Positions 59,475 through 64,000 of a stretch of 64,000 bases of DNA are shown piece by piece. This DNA comes from Klebsormidium nitens. Lineage: Eukaryota; Plantae; Klebsormidiophyceae. Location of the stretch: assembly GCA_000708835.1 (NCBI GenBank), contig DF237005.1, positions 39,943 through 103,942 on the forward strand. The letters run 5' to 3'. The translations under genes and the position numbers were made by a program. Within the stretch, counting starts at the first letter, position 1; the number at the start of each line of letters is the position of its first letter. The notes under the pieces were generated by a model. It was not told where the DNA came from and did not search any database. It saw only the letters and a program-made list of their open reading frames with translations.

Positions 59475-62400
59475 TCAGTGTTTGCAGAATGCTCTCAGAG
59501 TCTCGTCAAGTTTTGCCTTGTCGAAGTCGCCCGTAAACACGCAGTGCCCCAGACCTCCCTTCAGCAGAATCATCCTCAGCTTTCCATCCGCGACCTTCTT
59601 ATCGACAGCCATCCCTGACTTGAACTTTTCCACCGTCATTTCCGGAGGTGGGCGAATGGGCAGCTTTGCCCGTTCTATTAGGTTCACTGTCCGTTCGAGA
59701 AGAGCTTGGTCAATCCAGCCGAGCCTGTGTGACAAGTCAGCGGCCATGACCATGCCGGCGGCAACCGCTTCCCCGTGGAACCAACCCCCGTACCCGAGCC
59801 CCGACTCAATTGCCTGCAAAAAACACGGGGTCAAACGTTGATGGCTTACGACGAAGAAACTGGGGGACATCTTACCACCCTTTTTTACCGACTTTGGAAA
59901 CAGGGACCATTATGATATCGACGAAGGGCTTTGAAGCGAAAGGAACGCGACTGCGCTTTCGCAGCAAGTCAGATACAGGACGTTTTTCGACGCACCTCGG
60001 ACTCCGCGGGTCAAAACGTTAATCCAAGGGCAAGCGATACTTCGGCACTCTCGACAGAGCCAAATCCACCACACCAAAATATTGGGCCTCGGTCTAGGGC
60101 TACTTTGACAGGACGGAAACTTTGTCAGCCCCTTCAGTGGCAATACGAGCTTTCACCAACATGATTTGCTTGTAGTCGCCGAAAGGTGTTTACAGATCGA
60201 ACCTACCGGGAGCTAAAAACAATAATCTGCGTACGTTGCACTGGCGTTACAACGGACTGGCCTTTGTGCGTACTTCACACGTGTATTTGAGGGCACGGGA
60301 GAATCGGCCCCACCGCCATAGGCGACAAGTTTGACAAGCGAAGCTGCGCTCAACTTTCACAGACACTTGGCAGTCCTTCATTTCATATGGAAACAAGCAA
60401 CTCCATACGCCAACCGCGGGGAACAAGCGGAGATAGAAAAGGTGAGGGTGAGGGAGGACGGCTGAGGAGCACCCACGTGTCCGAACGTGTGGCCAAGATT
60501 CAAAGTTGCCCGGAGCCCAGCCTCCTTCTCGTCGGCAGCGACCACGTCAGCCTTGTCCTCGCACGACCGCTTGATGGCGTAGGTCAGCGCCTCTGGGTCC
60601 CTGTACAGAAGAACGGGCAAAAGGTTTGACAACTGATCAGTGAAGTAGAAATTTTTCTGTACTTTACTCCCAAGTGACCCCGCTAAGGTCGAAAACAATA
60701 TGGGGCATTACGTCTGTTAGGTCACCTGACATGGAAAACTTAACGGCGTAGATCAGTGAGTCAGATACTCACGTGACCAGAAAGGGGCGGAAGATTCAAT
60801 GACGGATCTGGAACGTGGGAGTGTCCCAAGCCGACTTTGCAACGTGCGGATGCCTGCTCTGCGGCGTTGCGTTTGATTCTAGAATGATGAAGAGCTCTAC
60901 GCAATCAAGTCGCTGTGAAAGCGCACTGTTGAATTTCCGAAAGTACAAAAGAACTGTGTGAAATCAAGTCTCACACAGTTAGTGCGTGCTCAGCGTATTG
61001 CTGAGTTTGTGCCATTGCGTCTGCTACTAAATATAGGATGGGGCGCGTAGTAGTTTGAGTCAGCGCGCGGCGATCCCGGCGAAATCAAAGAACCGACAGA
61101 TCGAAGTAAGGGTCCGCTATTGACAGAAAGTGGTCGTGAAAATTGGACTCTTTCGCGCCAGTCTAGCACAGTTAACCTTATAAACCGGGTACAAGTCCTA
61201 AAAGACGGTCAATAAGTCAAAGGTACAATCGACTCCCCAGCCCAAATGTTGATGCGGACCTCAAGCGGACCTCTTGACAAATCTTTAAAGCGGACCTCTT
61301 GACAAATCTTTACTTTCAAAGGAGAGCGCCGACTTTTCAATGGACGAAAGGCAGTGAGGTTTGGGGAGCCCGTCGACTTGCCTCGAAGTTCCTCATCGAC
61401 ACTTCGCAGAACTAACGAGAACTCAGTAATGACTGCCGGAAATTGCAACAGCGCAACTTTGAGAGGTTCACAACTAATCGTCCAATGCTTTGATCTTAGA
61501 AAGTCGGGGGTCAACTTCTCCAGCCATCGGCCGTCTGCCGTGCCTTCTCTTCAGCGCTGTGAATCGCTCCAGAATTTCCAAGAGAAATCTTATCCGCACC
61601 AAAACGAGCACCTGACCAACATGCTCCAACGCATCCTGCTAACGCTTCGTCGACAAAGTAAACATGTCTCGATGTAGTTGGAGCTCTTCTCCAACTTCTC
61701 TTGGTGAATGGCCCCAATCTACAGTCAAAAGCTACGGCTACCATGAAGAGCCTTTTCTCACCTGGCCATCAGCTTCTCCATGTTTTCTTCCAGCCACTCA
61801 AAGAATGGCGCGTCTCGGATCAGCCCATACTTGATGACCTCAGCGATGCCCGAGTACAACTCCTTGTCCGGCAGCGTGCTCAGTGTGTCTGTGTCAATGA
61901 GCACCGCCTGCGGCTGGTAGAACGCGCCGATCATGTTCTTTCCCAGGGGGTGGTTCACCCCCGTTTTCCCCCCCACGGAAGAATCAACCTGCATGGTTAG
62001 AGTGAAGACTTAGGTCCACGGCATGGATGCATTAAATGAGCACAATCGATGGCTTGTAGCACATGCTGACTGCTTTTCTCCCTCAGGGGGTCGTTTGCCC
62101 CTGTGGTCCATCCCACAGAAGAGTCAACCTGCATATGGTAAAGTAGGGGTTCGACGAAGAGTTGAACCAGTGTATCTTCTGGTGTCAATGAGCACTGTCT
62201 TTGACTCAAGACGCCATATCAAATGTTTCCTCAGGGCATGTTATAAATCTGTCGTAAACCCGAGAGGAGAATCGTTCTGAAAGCCGGATAAAAAGAGAGG
62301 GCATCAAAGCGTCAACTTTGACAACTACACCTTTTGACGTGAAGCATTATCCAGATTCAGCACCCCTTTGTGACACACGGCATGCCCCTCCTCTTCCGCC

Positions 62401-63490
62401 CAAAAGAAGATACTATATTGCATTGGATCAGCCTTCCCCTCCTGTCCTGTCCCGCAATTGCACTCAAAAGACAAGGAGTCGCAGAGTGTCCAGAGTGTTG
62501 GGACAAGGTGACCTTTTCGTTGGGCTAGATTGTGCAGAAAAGCATAACACAAACGAACCGGGGCTTCAAGGATGCTTGAGAAAGCGTCCTGAGACTGGAC
62601 CCGTAGCAATGTTGTCCCACTGGGAAAGAGCCTCATCAGTGAACAACACTGGGCAACTGACCAATCTCCACACACAGTGCACTTTCACCACCGCAAATGA
62701 GTGATCCTATTTGTCCCCATGAAGAGCGCCATCTACATAAACAACTCAATGTAAAGCTCTGCAAATGTACCTGCGCCATCAGCGTCGTTGGAATCTGGAT
62801 AAAGTTGACCCCCCTCAGGTACGACGCCGCCGCATACCCGCACATATCCCCGATCACGCCCCCACCCAGCGCCACAAATGTGCACCTCCGGTCTTGCCTG
62901 GTGGCAATTGCCTTGTCGTACACTTGCATCAGCACCTCGAGCGTCTTGTACTCCTCCCCATCAGGCAGTACCACCGTCTCAACCCTAACGTCATTTGATC
63001 CATTCTCGGTGAGCCCTGCGACGACCCTGTCCAAATAGAGCGGCTCCACCCTTGTGTTTGTGACCACTAGCACCTGCTTGCCCTTGACGTGCTTTCGCAG
63101 CAGATGGGGATGGTCCAACAGCTTTGGCGCAATATAGATGGGGTACCGCCGTGTGCCGAGCTCCACGTTGACGATGGTGGGGGAGAATGCGGTTTCAAAA
63201 GTGGTCATCGGGGGAGCTTCAACGGTGCAAGCCACCCTGGCACGACCCTGACGTCTTTGCCCTAGGCCCGAGGATTGCAACGTGAGAACAGTCCCTGGCA
63301 GAATGTTTGAAGTCGAAACAGGTTTCCTAGCCCGCCATGAGTTGGAGCGCAGGGTCTGGACGGCTTGAGTTTGAATGGAAGCAGCTGGGACAGCGTGAAG
63401 ATCAAGGTCTCTCTGTTGGAGAGAGGATGAAGAAGTGATTTGGCCAGAGAGGGAACCAACGGAAGCCGCAGACGCCCTGGCGGTAGCCAT
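59475..63490 (-). CDS. aroB: 3-dehydroquinate synthase, plastid-targeted, 4 exons
   Basis: Exons 63490-62771, 61988-61762, 60600-60477 and 59813-59475. Motifs: [52 protein letters not shown]|[52 protein letters not shown] and [10 protein letters not shown]. Confidence 0.97.
61255..61312. repeat. 25-bp tandem duplication plus a partial copy in a DHQS intron
   Basis: aagcggacctcttgacaaatcttta at 61263 and 61288, preceded by gcggacctc. Confidence 0.9.
62030..62205 (-). repeat. Intronic copy of the acceptor and first ~100 nt of DHQS exon 2, plus a further partial copy
   Basis: catatgcag|gttgactcttctgtgggatggaccacaggggcaaacgaccccctgagggagaaaag versus ccatgcag|GTTGATTCTTCCGTGGGGGGGAAAACGGGGGTGAACCACCCCCTGGGAAAGAAC; offset 140 bp. 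62180-62200 (gtgtcaatgagcactg) matches a later part of the exon. Confidence 0.88.
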
Positions 63491-64000
63491 CCTTTCTGAA
63501 TTGGGGGCCTGCCAAGTGATTTCTGCCGAAGTTTCAGTCAGGCTAGACTCAGCAACGTATGTTGTTTGTATATTTGGGTGTATGGGATATAAGACGGCAG
63601 GTTATGACCAGTATTATTCACCCGGCGTATCGTCCCCGGGCAACTTTTGGAGCAAAGAGTCAGGGTAAAATGGATCGGTTGTTGTTAAACTTAGTCATAA
63701 GATACCGACTAACCGTGGTAAAGCGTATTCCTATACAAATACAGATTTTGTCCGATGCAATTCTGCTTGAAAACGTTTGTCTCGTCAGCGAAAGAGATGA
63801 GCACTGACTCTGAGAGAAGCAAGGAGCTGTGGCCCTGAAGCAGAATACTCAAAGCACGCCACACAAGAAGGCAAGCTCCCCAATTCAGCACCTCCATGGT
63901 GCATACAGGAGCTATAAAAGGATACTCCTTCCAGGAGTAATACTGCACATTCTCGCAATGCACAATGAATCTAAACACGTTGATGGAGCCCAACCGGTGG

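Noticed and set aside
2321-63490. Functional cluster of plastid-targeted genes (Toc75-like, CLD1, ISE2, FKBP18, DHQS)
   Set aside because: The pathways are unrelated, plastid-targeted genes are common in algal genomes, and there is no evidence of co-regulation beyond the ISE2/FKBP18 pair.
63709-64000. 3' exon of a neighbouring - strand gene
   Set aside because: It is an open frame at the window edge without a recognisable motif or acceptor and cannot be judged here.
1-64000. Most of the remaining short six-frame ORFs
   Set aside because: They are antisense or off-frame shadows of GC-rich exons, or chance ORFs in introns; the spliced models above explain the coding signal.

Overview
This is eukaryotic nuclear DNA with intron-rich GT-AG genes, most like a streptophyte green alga (Klebsormidium-type). 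That assignment is inferred from gene content, plastid transit peptides and intron style. By hand-splicing I could build seven multi-exon genes: a divergent Toc75/Omp85 protein (+), a calumenin-like EF-hand protein (-), a CLD1-like alpha/beta hydrolase (+), the ISE2 DExH helicase (-), FKBP18 (+), an AMT2 ammonium transporter (-) and 3-dehydroquinate synthase (-). The window also holds an intronless dual-specificity phosphatase, a small conserved basic protein, an unknown coiled-coil ORF and an orphan SNF2 helicase C-terminal fragment. Two non-autonomous elements are present: a ~730 bp foldback with arrays of 33-bp-spaced palindromes, and a 364 bp TG..CA MITE with a 4-bp TSD. The most striking pattern is 'exon-edge echoes'. 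In about 13 of the ~45 introns, across six unrelated genes, the intron holds serial degenerate copies of the adjacent exon end together with its splice site. Copies of exon 5' ends lie upstream and copies of exon 3' ends lie downstream, decay generally increases with distance, and offsets are ~115-200 bp (roughly nucleosome/Okazaki-fragment size). All exon coordinates were read by eye and may be off by a few bases; no database searches were run.
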